Shown: positions 29,526 through 38,730 of the stretch, one piece after another
Numbering within the stretch: the first letter of the stretch is position 1
Layout: each line of letters opens with the position of its first letter
From: Planctomycetota bacterium
GTDB lineage: Bacteria; Planctomycetota; UBA1135; UBA2386
DNA length: 64,000 nt
Assembly: GCA_965223545.1 (NCBI GenBank)
Contig: OZ245006.1
Location: forward strand, 3,264,001 to 3,328,000
Direction of reading: 5' to 3'
The notes under the pieces: generated by a model
Told to the model about the DNA's origin: nothing
What the model saw: the letters and a program-made list of their open reading frames with translations, nothing else
Databases searched by the model: none
Position numbers and translations under genes: made by a program

Positions 29526-30743
29526 GTGACCATCAAGACCGACGCCCTGTTGACGATCCCGGCCGCACTTCTCCTCGCCACCGCGACTGCAACGCAGCTG
29601 TCCCCCGACGCCCTGCTGCGCGAGCGGCTCCTCGAGCTGAAGGGCAAGCTGCAACAGTGCGGGCCCGAGCTGTTGCCCCACGAGATCAAGGCGCCGGGAT
29701 TCAAGCTGCGCAAGACCGTGCTCTACGCGCGCACGGTCCTCGACCTGCTCGCACACCGATTGCCACCCGCACCAGCCGGACACTCCTGGCGAGCGCTGCG
29801 AGCCAGGCTCGACGAGGGCTACGCCCGGATCGGCGCCTTCAAGGATCTCTACGACGCGGTGGCCCCGCTGATCGGCAAGGAAGAGGAGCCCGACGCGATC
29901 GGCATCCAGGACTACGCGCGCGCGCACGGGTTGGCACCGCTGCAGGAGCGCCAGTGGCTGCGTGGCGAGGTGGAGCAACGGCGCACAGGAGTCCTGCAAT
30001 GGGCGCAGGCGACGTCGTTCGCCCGCGAGTTGGAGGCGCTCGGCTCGGGAGCGGGGCGACCGCCCGCAGCCGATGCACAGCCACCCCCGGCCCCGCTGCG
30101 ATCCCGCCTCTATTGGGGCGCAGTGCGCAGTGCCCCGATGCCGTCACTCGCGGCGGACGACGAGGTTCGACGATTGGCCGCCGCGCTCCTGTTCGCGCTG
30201 GCCAATTCCAAGCTGTTGGACAGAGTCGCCCGCATCGAGGACCTGATCGAGGACCAAGAGGACTTCCATGACCTGCGCAAGCGCATCCGCGCGGTGCTGC
30301 AGATCCGCGATGTGCCGGGTCTCGACCACCTGCTGCCCGGCGATGACGCAGGCGCCGCCCTTGCAGTGCTGAAGGACGCCGTCGACCGTTGCGGCGACCT
30401 CAACGACCTGTTGATCCGGCACGCTCAGTACACCGCTCGGCACCGCGCCGCCGAGTCCGAGCTGGACCGCCACTACTGGCGCCAACGGGCGAGCGAGCTG
30501 CGGCACGAGATCGATCACCTCTGGCTCGCCACGCGCCCCGCAACGACCCGCACTCATCTGCAGCCCGCGCTGATCACCACCGCGCACGCGTGGCTCGAGG
30601 CGCAGACCAGCTGCGGGGCGCCACAGATCCCTAGGAGCTACTCGTCCGACGGACCGCCGCGCACGGTGAGCACCGGGCACGGCGCGGTGCGCACCACCCG
30701 CTCGGCGGTGCTGCCCATCATCAAGTGCGCGAAGCCGGTGTAG
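29526..30743 (+). CDS. CHAD-like helical protein with an apparent signal peptide
   Basis: DFHDLRKRIR and CGDLNDL resemble CHAD motifs; hydrophobic N-terminus; 3' end overlaps the convergent usp gene. Confidence 0.5.
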   Translation: MTIKTDALLTIPAALLLATATATQLSPDALLRERLLELKGKLQQCGPELLPHEIKAPGFKLRKTVLYARTVLDLLAHRLPPAPAGHSWRALRARLDEGYARIGAFKDLYDAVAPLIGKEEEPDAIGIQDYARAHGLAPLQERQWLRGEVEQRRTGVLQWAQATSFARELEALGSGAGRPPAADAQPPPAPLRSRLYWGAVRSAPMPSLAADDEVRRLAAALLFALANSKLLDRVARIEDLIEDQEDFHDLRKRIRAVLQIRDVPGLDHLLPGDDAGAALAVLKDAVDRCGDLNDLLIRHAQYTARHRAAESELDRHYWRQRASELRHEIDHLWLATRPATTRTHLQPALITTAHAWLEAQTSCGAPQIPRSYSSDGPPRTVSTGHGAVRTTRSAVLPIIKCAKPV

Positions 30744-31087
30744 CCGTGCGTGGAGATCACGATCAGATCCACGTGTTCTTTCTTCGCCAGTTGGGTGATC
30801 TCGCGGAACGGAGTGCCGTCGAGACGCCGCGTCTGCACCCTGATGCCCTCCGGCACCCCAGTGGCCAGAGTCGCCAGCTTGTCGTCACAGATCTGGGCGA
30901 TCTCTTCGTGCACGGTCGGCACGTTGGCCGCTCCGGCAAAGGTGACGGCGGGATAGATCGGCGCCTCGACGACGTGCGCGATGATGAGCTCGGCGTCGAA
31001 CACCCGCGCGAAGCCGAACGCGGTCTCGAGCGCGGCCTTGGCGCACTCCGAGAAGTCCGTGGGAACGAGGATCTTGCCGACGTTCAT
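30638..31087 (-). CDS. universal stress protein
   Basis: ILVPTDFS, DLIVISTHG, MGSTAERVVRTAPCPVLTV. Confidence 0.93.
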   Translation of the reverse strand: MNVGKILVPTDFSECAKAALETAFGFARVFDAELIIAHVVEAPIYPAVTFAGAANVPTVHEEIAQICDDKLATLATGVPEGIRVQTRRLDGTPFREITQLAKKEHVDLIVISTHGYTGFAHLMMGSTAERVVRTAPCPVLTVRGGPSDE

Positions 31088-31146
31088 ATCGAGCCTCCGC
31101 AAATGGAACCCGGTGACCGCGGACCGAATTTCGCGCGGTCCCCGGC

Positions 31147-32313
31147 TCAGCCACTGGCGATCCGACGATAGCTCTCGACGCGGGCCGGCGCGAGCTCACC
31201 GCATTGCACGGCGGCGCGCACCGCACAGTCCGGCTCACCCCCGTGGCCACAGTCGGCGAAGCGGCAACCGGCGGCGACCGCGGCGATGTCGGGGAACGCC
31301 GCGTCGAGCTCGGCCGCCGAGACCGGACCCAGCCCGAAGGCGCGCACTCCCGGCGTGTCGATGATGCGGATCCCGTCCGGCAGCGCGTGCAGGGTCGAAT
31401 CCACCGTCGTGTGCCGGCCCTTGCCGTCGCGAACGCGCACCTCGCCCACGCGCTGCAGCGCCCCATCGGAGAGCGCGTTCACCAGCGACGACTTGCCGAC
31501 CCCGCTGTGGCCGACCAGGACGCAGGCGCGGCCGGCGAGGCGACGCCGCAGCGCGTCGATCCCATCGCCGGTGACGGCCGAGACGAACAGCACGTCGATG
31601 CCGGCCGCGCGGTGAGGCGCCAGCGCGGGCTCGATGGAGCGGACATCCTCGACGAGGTCGCTCTTGTTGACGCAGACGAGCGGAGCGACTCCGCCGCGCC
31701 GCACCGCCACCGCAAAGCGGTCGACCAGCCCGGCGCGCAAGTTGGGCGCGACCAGCACCAGCACGGCGAGGTCCACGTTGGCGGCCACCACCCGCACGCG
31801 GTCGGGCGCTGTCGGATCGGCGCGCCCGAGCCACGTGCGCCGCGGGGCGACGCCGACCACGCGCGGCGACGACGCATCGGCGTCGCACTCCACGCGGTCG
31901 CCGATCGCGACCGCGGACCGTTGCACTCGCGCGAGCGCGGGCACCAGCACCGCATCGACCGGCGCGCCGCCGTCCGGCACCACGCGCACCCGGCCCGCCG
32001 CGATCCCGATCACGGTAGCGTTCGCGGCGTCCCCACTGACCGCGGCCGGCGAACCAGCCGCGGACGGTGCATGGGGATCGCGGCGCCCGGACCAGCGCTC
32101 GGCCCGGCGGATCTTCTCGAAGGCCTCCTCGCCGACGTCCTCGCCCGCCGTACCGGCGGCACTGCGCCTGCGCTTGCCGCGTTTGCCACCGCGTTCTGCC
32201 TGGCGCCTGCGGATGTGCTCGTCGAGCTCGCGCTGCTCGTCGCGCGAACGGAACTTCTTCGCGTGCCGCAGATAGCGGTCCACGGATCTCGCCTTGTCTC
32301 TCGGGTCCGTCAT
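31147..32313 (-). CDS. rsgA: ribosome small subunit-dependent GTPase A
   Basis: NKSDL, GHSGVGKSS, GRHTT, DTPG, CRFADCGHGGEPDCAV zinc finger. Confidence 0.93.
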   Translation of the reverse strand: MTDPRDKARSVDRYLRHAKKFRSRDEQRELDEHIRRRQAERGGKRGKRRRSAAGTAGEDVGEEAFEKIRRAERWSGRRDPHAPSAAGSPAAVSGDAANATVIGIAAGRVRVVPDGGAPVDAVLVPALARVQRSAVAIGDRVECDADASSPRVVGVAPRRTWLGRADPTAPDRVRVVAANVDLAVLVLVAPNLRAGLVDRFAVAVRRGGVAPLVCVNKSDLVEDVRSIEPALAPHRAAGIDVLFVSAVTGDGIDALRRRLAGRACVLVGHSGVGKSSLVNALSDGALQRVGEVRVRDGKGRHTTVDSTLHALPDGIRIIDTPGVRAFGLGPVSAAELDAAFPDIAAVAAGCRFADCGHGGEPDCAVRAAVQCGELAPARVESYRRIASG

Positions 32314-32443
32314 CGGGCCCTCCTCCGATCTCGGTTCGTACTCGCTCGATTCAGCTTGCACCGGCTGGCCGGTGCGCAACGCGGCCGTCGCCAACGACGA
32401 ACGCGATCGCCCCGCCGCGCGATTCACGGCGGGTGAGCAGAGG

Positions 32444-32527
32444 GACGGCGGGCAGTAGCGCCGCGAGGCGCTAAAGCCGTCGTCAGCGAGTGGCCACGGC
32501 GGCCGAAGATCGAAGGATCGGCGTCAT
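32444..32527 (-). promoter_or_regulatory. putative leader peptide and hairpin upstream of rsgA
   Basis: 14-aa ORF MTPILRSSAAVATR (32527-32483), followed at once by nested inverted repeats GACGGC..TAGCGCC/GGCGCTA..GCCGTC (32444-32481). Confidence 0.35.
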
Positions 32528-32574
32528 CCGTCCGCGACCGTAGGAGACCGGAGCGCGGACCGCAAGGCCGTCAT

Positions 32575-33726
32575 CTACGTGTCACGGGCGAGCTGGCGGG
32601 CGCGCGCCAACATGCGGCGCGTCGCGGCTTCGCCGATCCCCCAGTCGACGACGCGGGCGTCGGCGCCGACCAGGATCGTGGTCGGCAGATAGCGCACGGC
32701 GTAGGCCCGGTGGTTCGCGCTGTCCGCCGCCAGCGCGATCGGGAAGTCGACGTCGTGTTGGGTCAGCACGTCGCGGACCGCAGCGCGCTCCGCGTCGCGC
32801 GCGGCGGCGTCCCGGGCATCGCGGGTCACGCCGACGACCTGCAGAGTGGCGGACGCGTTCTCGCGGTGAAACTCGCGCAGCAGTGGCAGCTCATCGATGC
32901 AGGGCGGACACGTCCGCGACCAGAAGTTGAGCACCGTGATCCGGCCGGCGAACGGCGACGCGCTGCCCTGCAACAGCTCGACGCCCGTGAGCGGCGGCGC
33001 GGCCTTGCCGTGCAGCGCCGCACCGGCCTGCTCGGTGGCCAGTCGTTCCCGATCGGCACATGCACCCAGTGGGAGGAGCACACACAGCACGGCAGCCGCG
33101 CCGAGCGCCGGTCCCGCGCCCCGCCAGAGCGTCAGCAAGCGGATGGTGAACGCCGCGAAGAACACGCCGAACAGCGGCCCCGGATCGATCAACCCCGCGG
33201 TCCCCGGATTGTCGGGAAAGGTCAGCATGTTGAAGGCGAGTCCGCACACGCCGACGACCATCGCACAGGCGCCCCAAAGCGGACCGAAGCGCGGCGCCCG
33301 CCAGAGCACCGTGCCGAGCAGGAACGTCGCGGTGGCCACGAAGAGGTCGAAGGCGATGTCGACGCCGAGCTGCGAGGCGTCCACCAGCCTCAGCACCGCC
33401 CGCGTCGGCTCCGGGTCCAGGCCGGCAGCGCGCAGGTCGGCGAAGCGGGTGCGCAGGGTGGCCTGCATGGTCGCCATCATCGTCACTGCCGCACCGGCCA
33501 GAACCATGAACAACGACGCCATCTGCAGGCGCACACCGTCACAGCCGCGCTGCAGAAACCGGAACAGCCCCAGCCCGGTCGCCGCCAGCAACGGCCCGAA
33601 CGCGAAGAAGAAACCGTAGTTCACCGCGGGCGAGATCGGGACCTGCGTGGCGACGAGGTAGGACACGCAGGCCAGCACGCCGAGGACGGTGGTGACCCGC
33701 AGCCAGCGGGGATCGAATGGGGTCAT
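32575..33726 (-). CDS. membrane protein fused to a TlpA-like thioredoxin domain
   Basis: About 6-7 TM helices, then VLNFWSRTCPPCIDELP and YAVRYLPTTILV. Confidence 0.75.
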   Translation of the reverse strand: MTPFDPRWLRVTTVLGVLACVSYLVATQVPISPAVNYGFFFAFGPLLAATGLGLFRFLQRGCDGVRLQMASLFMVLAGAAVTMMATMQATLRTRFADLRAAGLDPEPTRAVLRLVDASQLGVDIAFDLFVATATFLLGTVLWRAPRFGPLWGACAMVVGVCGLAFNMLTFPDNPGTAGLIDPGPLFGVFFAAFTIRLLTLWRGAGPALGAAAVLCVLLPLGACADRERLATEQAGAALHGKAAPPLTGVELLQGSASPFAGRITVLNFWSRTCPPCIDELPLLREFHRENASATLQVVGVTRDARDAAARDAERAAVRDVLTQHDVDFPIALAADSANHRAYAVRYLPTTILVGADARVVDWGIGEAATRRMLARARQLARDT

Positions 33727-34460
33727 GGTCGGTCTCTCTCTTGCCCGGCGGCGCGCTCGCGTTGGCGCAGCGCATGGATGTCGTGCTGTCGCGCGCGGTA
33801 GAACAGGTAGCGGTGAAACAAGTTGCCGGCGCGCTGGAGCGCCAAGGTCGCGGCGGCGGCGCCATCGACCGGCAGTCCGCCGACGACGCGGTCGCGCAGC
33901 TGCATCTCCAGCCGGCTCGCCTCGCGCAAATGGGTGGCGATCGGCGCCAAGGCGTCGACCGGAACGTCGTGCTCGGCGAAGAGCGCGGCGATGGTCTGCA
34001 GCAGGCGGAGGTCGAGACCGTCGAACGGCGAAGGACCGGCGTCAGGAGGCGGCAGCAGCACCCCGGCTTCGATCAGTCGGGCCAGGAGCTCGGGAGCGAC
34101 CCCGGCAGCGCGCGCCAGGTCCGGCGCGTCGAACGGACCCTCGTCGACTCCCTCGACGTCGCCGGCGACGGCCCGCTGTAGGAGCACGGCGACCTCCGGC
34201 TCGACGCCGCGCTCCACCCATTCGAGCACCCGGCGCACCTGGGGGAGCGGGAGCGCGGGCCCGCCGTCCTGCGGCTCACGCATCTCCTGCAGGAGGGCCA
34301 GGCGCCGGAGGTGGGCCTCGCCGTACAACGCGGCGTTGGGAGCGGTCTTGGTCGGCGGCGGCAGCAGGCCTTCGCGCAGGTAGAAGTGGATCTTGGTGCG
34401 GGGCACGCCACTCCTGGCGACCAGCTCACGCATACGTAGGGCGTCGACCGCTTGGTCCAT
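33723..34460 (-). CDS. MerR-family transcriptional regulator
   Basis: MRELVARSGVPRTKIHFYLREGLLP..ALYGEAH. Confidence 0.85.
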   Translation of the reverse strand: MDQAVDALRMRELVARSGVPRTKIHFYLREGLLPPPTKTAPNAALYGEAHLRRLALLQEMREPQDGGPALPLPQVRRVLEWVERGVEPEVAVLLQRAVAGDVEGVDEGPFDAPDLARAAGVAPELLARLIEAGVLLPPPDAGPSPFDGLDLRLLQTIAALFAEHDVPVDALAPIATHLREASRLEMQLRDRVVGGLPVDGAAAATLALQRAGNLFHRYLFYRARQHDIHALRQRERAAGQERDRP

Positions 34461-34591
34461 GAAGTGCAGACTTACGATCTACACTCTGTATTATCACGGA
34501 GCCGGGCAATGTTCCCCGCGGCTGGAGCGGCCCGCCGTCCCCGGCATCTGTTTTCCGTTCAAAGCACCTTTCGTGGGATCATGGACCGACC

Positions 34592-35176
34592 GTGATCAGC
34601 CACGACTCCGCTCCGCGCGGCGCGCCGACCCCGCCGGCCGACCTCGACAACCTGATCGTCGCGGCCATCCGGCGCCTGATGCGCGCGGTCGACCTGCACT
34701 CGCGGCGCCTCTACGAGGCCTGCGGGCTGACCGGGCCGCAGCTTGCAACCCTGCAGGAAGTCGCGCGTTCCGGCCCTCTACCGGCGAGCACCCTGGCGCG
34801 TGCGGTGCATCTGAGCGGCCCCACGATGACCGGCATCCTGACCCGCCTGGAGCGCCGCGGACACATCCTCCGGGCACGCGGCGATACGGATCGACGCACG
34901 GTTCAGGTGTCCATCACGAAGCTCGGGGCGGCCACGCTGGAACGGGCGCCTTCGCTGCTGCAGGATCGGTTTCGACGCAAGCTGTCGCAGCTGGAACACT
35001 GGGAGCAGCTCATGATGTTGGCCAACCTCCAGCGCATCGCGATGATGATGGATGCGGAGCAGCTGGACGCGGCGCCTCACCTGGTGGCCGATGCGGCGGC
35101 GCTGGACCGCGACGGCAGCGACCCGAGCGGGCCGTTGGCGGGCGGCGCGAAGCCGGGCGGCGCGCCTCCTGGCTGA
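34592..35176 (+). CDS. MarR-family regulator, EctR/CosR-like
   Basis: AIRRLMRAVDLHSRRL..GLTGPQL..TGILTRLERRG..DRR..APSLLQDRF..WEQ. Confidence 0.85.
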   Translation: MISHDSAPRGAPTPPADLDNLIVAAIRRLMRAVDLHSRRLYEACGLTGPQLATLQEVARSGPLPASTLARAVHLSGPTMTGILTRLERRGHILRARGDTDRRTVQVSITKLGAATLERAPSLLQDRFRRKLSQLEHWEQLMMLANLQRIAMMMDAEQLDAAPHLVADAAALDRDGSDPSGPLAGGAKPGGAPPG

Positions 35177-35242
35177 CGCGCGGGACGAGGAAAGGAGGCC
35201 GCGGTCAGAAAATCGGTCAGACTCCATCAAGTCTCGCGATAG

Positions 35243-35256
35243 CTTTGCGTGCAAAG
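35243..35256. promoter_or_regulatory. palindromic candidate MarR operator
   Basis: CTTTGC-GT-GCAAAG inverted repeat, 8 bp upstream of the P-II start, in an AT-richer spacer. Confidence 0.5.
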
Positions 35257-35264
35257 AATCTCGC

Positions 35265-35597
35265 ATGCCTACCAAGAAGATCGAGGCCTACCTGAAGCCT
35301 TTTCGCTTGGCCGAAGTGCGGACGGCACTGGCAGAGGCTGGCTTCGACGTGATCCGCGTGCACGACGCCGAGGAGCTGCGGCCGACGGAGACCTACACCG
35401 AGACGGTCCAGGGGCAGCGCTACGAGATCGACGCGTCGCCGCGGGTGCTGGTCGTGCTCTTGGTGGAGGATCGCGAGCTGGAGCGCGCCGTCCGACTGAT
35501 CCAGTCCGTCGCGCGCACGGACCACCGCGGCGACGGCCGGATCTTGATCTCCGCGGTCGAGCAGCTGGTGCCGGTGGACCCGGACGAAGCGTCGTGA
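35265..35597 (+). CDS. P-II-like signal protein (divergent)
   Basis: KKIEAYLKPFRLAEVRTAL, ARTDHRGDGRILIS. Confidence 0.8.
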   Translation: MPTKKIEAYLKPFRLAEVRTALAEAGFDVIRVHDAEELRPTETYTETVQGQRYEIDASPRVLVVLLVEDRELERAVRLIQSVARTDHRGDGRILISAVEQLVPVDPDEAS

Positions 35598-36067
35598 TGC
35601 GGGCTCATCCGATCGCCGCGGGGCTGCTGCTGGCAGTCGGCCTCGCCGCGCAGGAGCCACGCGAGTTGCCCACGCCGGAATGGGTGCCCCCCCCACCGCT
35701 CGAGGCCGCATCCGCCGACGGTAGCTTCGGCCTCGCATGGCAGCCGATCGAGGCGCCCGCCGGCGGCTCGATCTCCTTCGACCTCGAAGAAACAACGCCG
35801 CAGGGCGAGCGGAACGTGCTGGACGCGGGACCGTTCGCCGGCGCCGCGCTCAGCGGCCGTGAAGACGGCACCTACACCTACCGGGTCCGCGCCCGCGCGG
35901 CCGACGGCGCCACCGGGGACTGGAGCGCGGCGTTTGCGGTTCACGTGCGCCACCACTCCCTGGCGCTCGCCATCGCCCTGTTTGCCATCGGCGCAGTGGT
36001 CTTCGTCGCCACCGCGGTGACCGTGATCGGCGGTGCCCGGCGCGCGTCGGCCGAGGCCAGTCGCTGA
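35597..36067 (+). CDS. exported FN3-like protein with a C-terminal TM anchor
   Basis: Signal peptide, LSGREDGTYTYRVRA..GDWS, C-terminal hydrophobic helix. Confidence 0.65.
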   Translation: MRAHPIAAGLLLAVGLAAQEPRELPTPEWVPPPPLEAASADGSFGLAWQPIEAPAGGSISFDLEETTPQGERNVLDAGPFAGAALSGREDGTYTYRVRARAADGATGDWSAAFAVHVRHHSLALAIALFAIGAVVFVATAVTVIGGARRASAEASR

Positions 36068-36079
36068 CCTGGATCCGCC

Positions 36080-37501
36080 ATGCACCCCACCATCCTCGAC
36101 CCCGGCGTCGCCGGCGCACTGCTCGCCATCTTCAGCGTCGTTTGGGTGTTTCTCGGCTGGTGGTGGGGCCGCAAGGCGTCCGGCCTCGACGACTTCATGC
36201 TGGCCGGTCGCCGGGTGGGCTTGGCGTTGGGCACGGCCACGGCGATGGCCACCTGGGTCACCAGCAACACGACCCTGGTGGCACCACAGCTGGCCTACCA
36301 ACTCGGCATCTGGGGGATGCTCGGCTACTCGCTCGGCTCGATCGGCCTGCTGCTGTTTGCGCCGATGGCGGCGCGCATCCGCGCGCTGATGCCGCGCGGG
36401 TTCACCAGCGGCGACTTCATGCGGCTGCGCTACGGCACGCTGACCTGGCGGGTGTTCCTGGTCGTGTCGCTGGTCTACAGCGCCGGTTGGCTCATCAGCC
36501 TCGGTACCGCTGGCGGGGTGCTGCTCGAGGCCCTCAGCGGGATTCCGTACGAAGTCGGGGCGACCGTCATCCTGACGATCTGCGTGCTTTACACGCTGCT
36601 CGGCGGCCTGCGCGCGGTGATCGGCACGGACTACATCCAGACCGTCGTCATCATCACCGGCCTGGTGGTGATCGGTGCGCTGACGCTGTCGGCCGTCGAC
36701 CTCGAGACCACGCACCGACACCTGGCCGAGGCGCGGCCGCGGCTGCTCGACATGCTGATGCCGGCAGCGGTGATGTTCCTGTTCAACAACCTCCTCTTCG
36801 GCGTCGGCGAGATCTTCCACTCCAACGTCTGGTGGAGCCGCGCGTTCGCCTTCGATCGAGGCGTCGGCTTCCGCGCATATCTGCTGGCAGGCCTGATGTG
36901 GATCCCGATCCCGATCGCCGCCGGCTTCGTCGCGCTTTCGGCCCCGGTTCTCGGCCTGTCGGTACCGCGGGCCGACATGGTCGGCCCCATGGTCGCCGCC
37001 GAAGTCCTCGGTTTCGGCGGTGCCGTGCTGCTGTTCGTCATCGTGTTCTCGGCGATCGCATCCAGCCTGGACTCGCTGCTGGCGGCGACCAGCGATCTGA
37101 TCGTCGAGGATGTCTACCGCAGACATTTGCGCCCGCAGGCAAGCCGCGAGCAGCTGCGACGCGCATCTTCGATCGTCATCCTGCTGCTCGGTGCGGTGAC
37201 TTGGGTCGTCTGCATGCTCGACATCACGACCCTGGCAAAGCTGCTGCACTTCACCGGTGCGCTGGTGGCGAGCACGATCTGGCCGATTGCGGCGGGCCTG
37301 TTCTGGCGGCGCGCCAACCCGACCGCAGCGTGGCTGGCGATGGCCCTGGGTTCGGTCGGCGGGCTGATCGCATACAACGCGATCGGCTTCTACGTCGCCG
37401 CCCTCGTCGGCGCGGCGATCTCGATGGTGATCGTCCTCGCCGGCGCCTGGCTGCGGCCGGCGGAGTTCGATTGGCGCACGCTGCAGGAGGCCGACGCATG
37501 A
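36080..37501 (+). CDS. sodium:solute symporter (SSS) family transporter
   Basis: DFMLAGR, ATWV, YTLLGGLRAVIGTDYIQ, SAIASSLDS; about 13 TM helices. Confidence 0.9.
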   Translation: MHPTILDPGVAGALLAIFSVVWVFLGWWWGRKASGLDDFMLAGRRVGLALGTATAMATWVTSNTTLVAPQLAYQLGIWGMLGYSLGSIGLLLFAPMAARIRALMPRGFTSGDFMRLRYGTLTWRVFLVVSLVYSAGWLISLGTAGGVLLEALSGIPYEVGATVILTICVLYTLLGGLRAVIGTDYIQTVVIITGLVVIGALTLSAVDLETTHRHLAEARPRLLDMLMPAAVMFLFNNLLFGVGEIFHSNVWWSRAFAFDRGVGFRAYLLAGLMWIPIPIAAGFVALSAPVLGLSVPRADMVGPMVAAEVLGFGGAVLLFVIVFSAIASSLDSLLAATSDLIVEDVYRRHLRPQASREQLRRASSIVILLLGAVTWVVCMLDITTLAKLLHFTGALVASTIWPIAAGLFWRRANPTAAWLAMALGSVGGLIAYNAIGFYVAALVGAAISMVIVLAGAWLRPAEFDWRTLQEADA

Positions 37502-37620
37502 CACTCCCTCTGGTCGTTCTCGAAGTGCTCGTCTACGCAGCACTCGTGACCAGCGCCGTGACGCCGGTCGCCCTCGTCTGGCTGCTGGTTCGCGACTGGA
37601 GATCGGGCAAGCTGTGGTGA
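37498..37620 (+). CDS. 40-aa small membrane protein
   Basis: MTLPLVVLEVLVYAALVTSAVTPVALVWLLVRDWRSGKLW; ATGA-coupled to the SSS gene and overlapping the next start. Confidence 0.65.
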   Translation: MTLPLVVLEVLVYAALVTSAVTPVALVWLLVRDWRSGKLW

Positions 37621-38696
37621 AAGCGCTGCAGCTCCTGCCCCGACTGCGCGAACCGGTGCAGGGGCGCACCCGCCACGTCGGCATCGAGCACCCACTCCGC
37701 CTGCTCGAGGCCGTACCGGAGGACCCACAGACCCTGTTGCGGCTCGGCAGCCGACACGTGGTGTCGTCGCTGCAGTTCGATCGCGAGGTCGTTCTGCAGC
37801 TGTGCCGGCTGGCCGCCGCCATCGAGAGCCAGCCCGCCCTCCGCCACTTGCCGCTCACCGGCAAGATCCTGATCACTGCGTTCTACGAGCCGAGCACCAG
37901 GACGCGCCTGTCCTTCGAGAGCGCGTGGCACCGGCTCGGCGGCGACATCTTGTCGATCACCGATCCCGAGACCACCGGGATCGCCAAGGGGGAGAGCCTG
38001 GCCGACGTCGCCGAGATGTTCAGCAACTACGGCGACGCGGTAGTCCTGCGCGACCGCAACGAAGACTCGGTGTTCGAGATGATCGACACGCTGCGCGTGC
38101 CGATCATCAACGCCGGCAACGGGATCGACGAGCATCCCACGCAAGCCCTCGCCGACCTCTACACCGTGTTCAAGTGGCGGCCCGAGCTGACGGGGCCCAA
38201 CGTCACCGAGCGCGTGCGTTTCGGCGTGATCGGCAACCCGCGCAAGATGCGCACCGTGCGCAGCCTGCTGCGCCTCCTGTGCCTCTTCTCCTCCGTGATC
38301 GAAGAGGTCGTCATCGTCAATCCCGAGACCGATCTGTTCGACGATGGCGAGCGCGAGCGACTCGAGGACTCCGGGCTGCGCATCGGCACCGAACGCCGCC
38401 TGGGAGCGGCCCTGCGCGAGCTCGACGTGATCTACATCAACTCGATCGCCTGGATCGGCGATACCTTCGAGCGGCTGACCGGCGATCTGCGGCTGACGGC
38501 GCGCTCCTCGTTCAAGCCCGGCGCGATCGTGCTCCACCCCCTCGCCCGCGGCGAGGAGCTGGCCGTCAGCCTGGATGACACCCCCCACAACTGGTACTTC
38601 AGCCAAGCGCGCGGCGCGACCTTCTTGCGAATGGCATTGCTGACCAGCATGGTCGAGCGCGTGCACCGGGTCGCCGACGTCCGCCCGCCTCGTTGA
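37614..38696 (+). CDS. aspartate carbamoyltransferase-like transcarbamylase, probably with altered substrate
   Basis: FYEPSTRTRLSF, KGESL, HPTQALADL, HPLAR; lacks the RxQxER motif. Confidence 0.85.
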   Translation: MVKALQLLPRLREPVQGRTRHVGIEHPLRLLEAVPEDPQTLLRLGSRHVVSSLQFDREVVLQLCRLAAAIESQPALRHLPLTGKILITAFYEPSTRTRLSFESAWHRLGGDILSITDPETTGIAKGESLADVAEMFSNYGDAVVLRDRNEDSVFEMIDTLRVPIINAGNGIDEHPTQALADLYTVFKWRPELTGPNVTERVRFGVIGNPRKMRTVRSLLRLLCLFSSVIEEVVIVNPETDLFDDGERERLEDSGLRIGTERRLGAALRELDVIYINSIAWIGDTFERLTGDLRLTARSSFKPGAIVLHPLARGEELAVSLDDTPHNWYFSQARGATFLRMALLTSMVERVHRVADVRPPR

Positions 38697-38730
38697 CGCA
38701 CTTGACCCCAACACGACAAGGACACGACCC

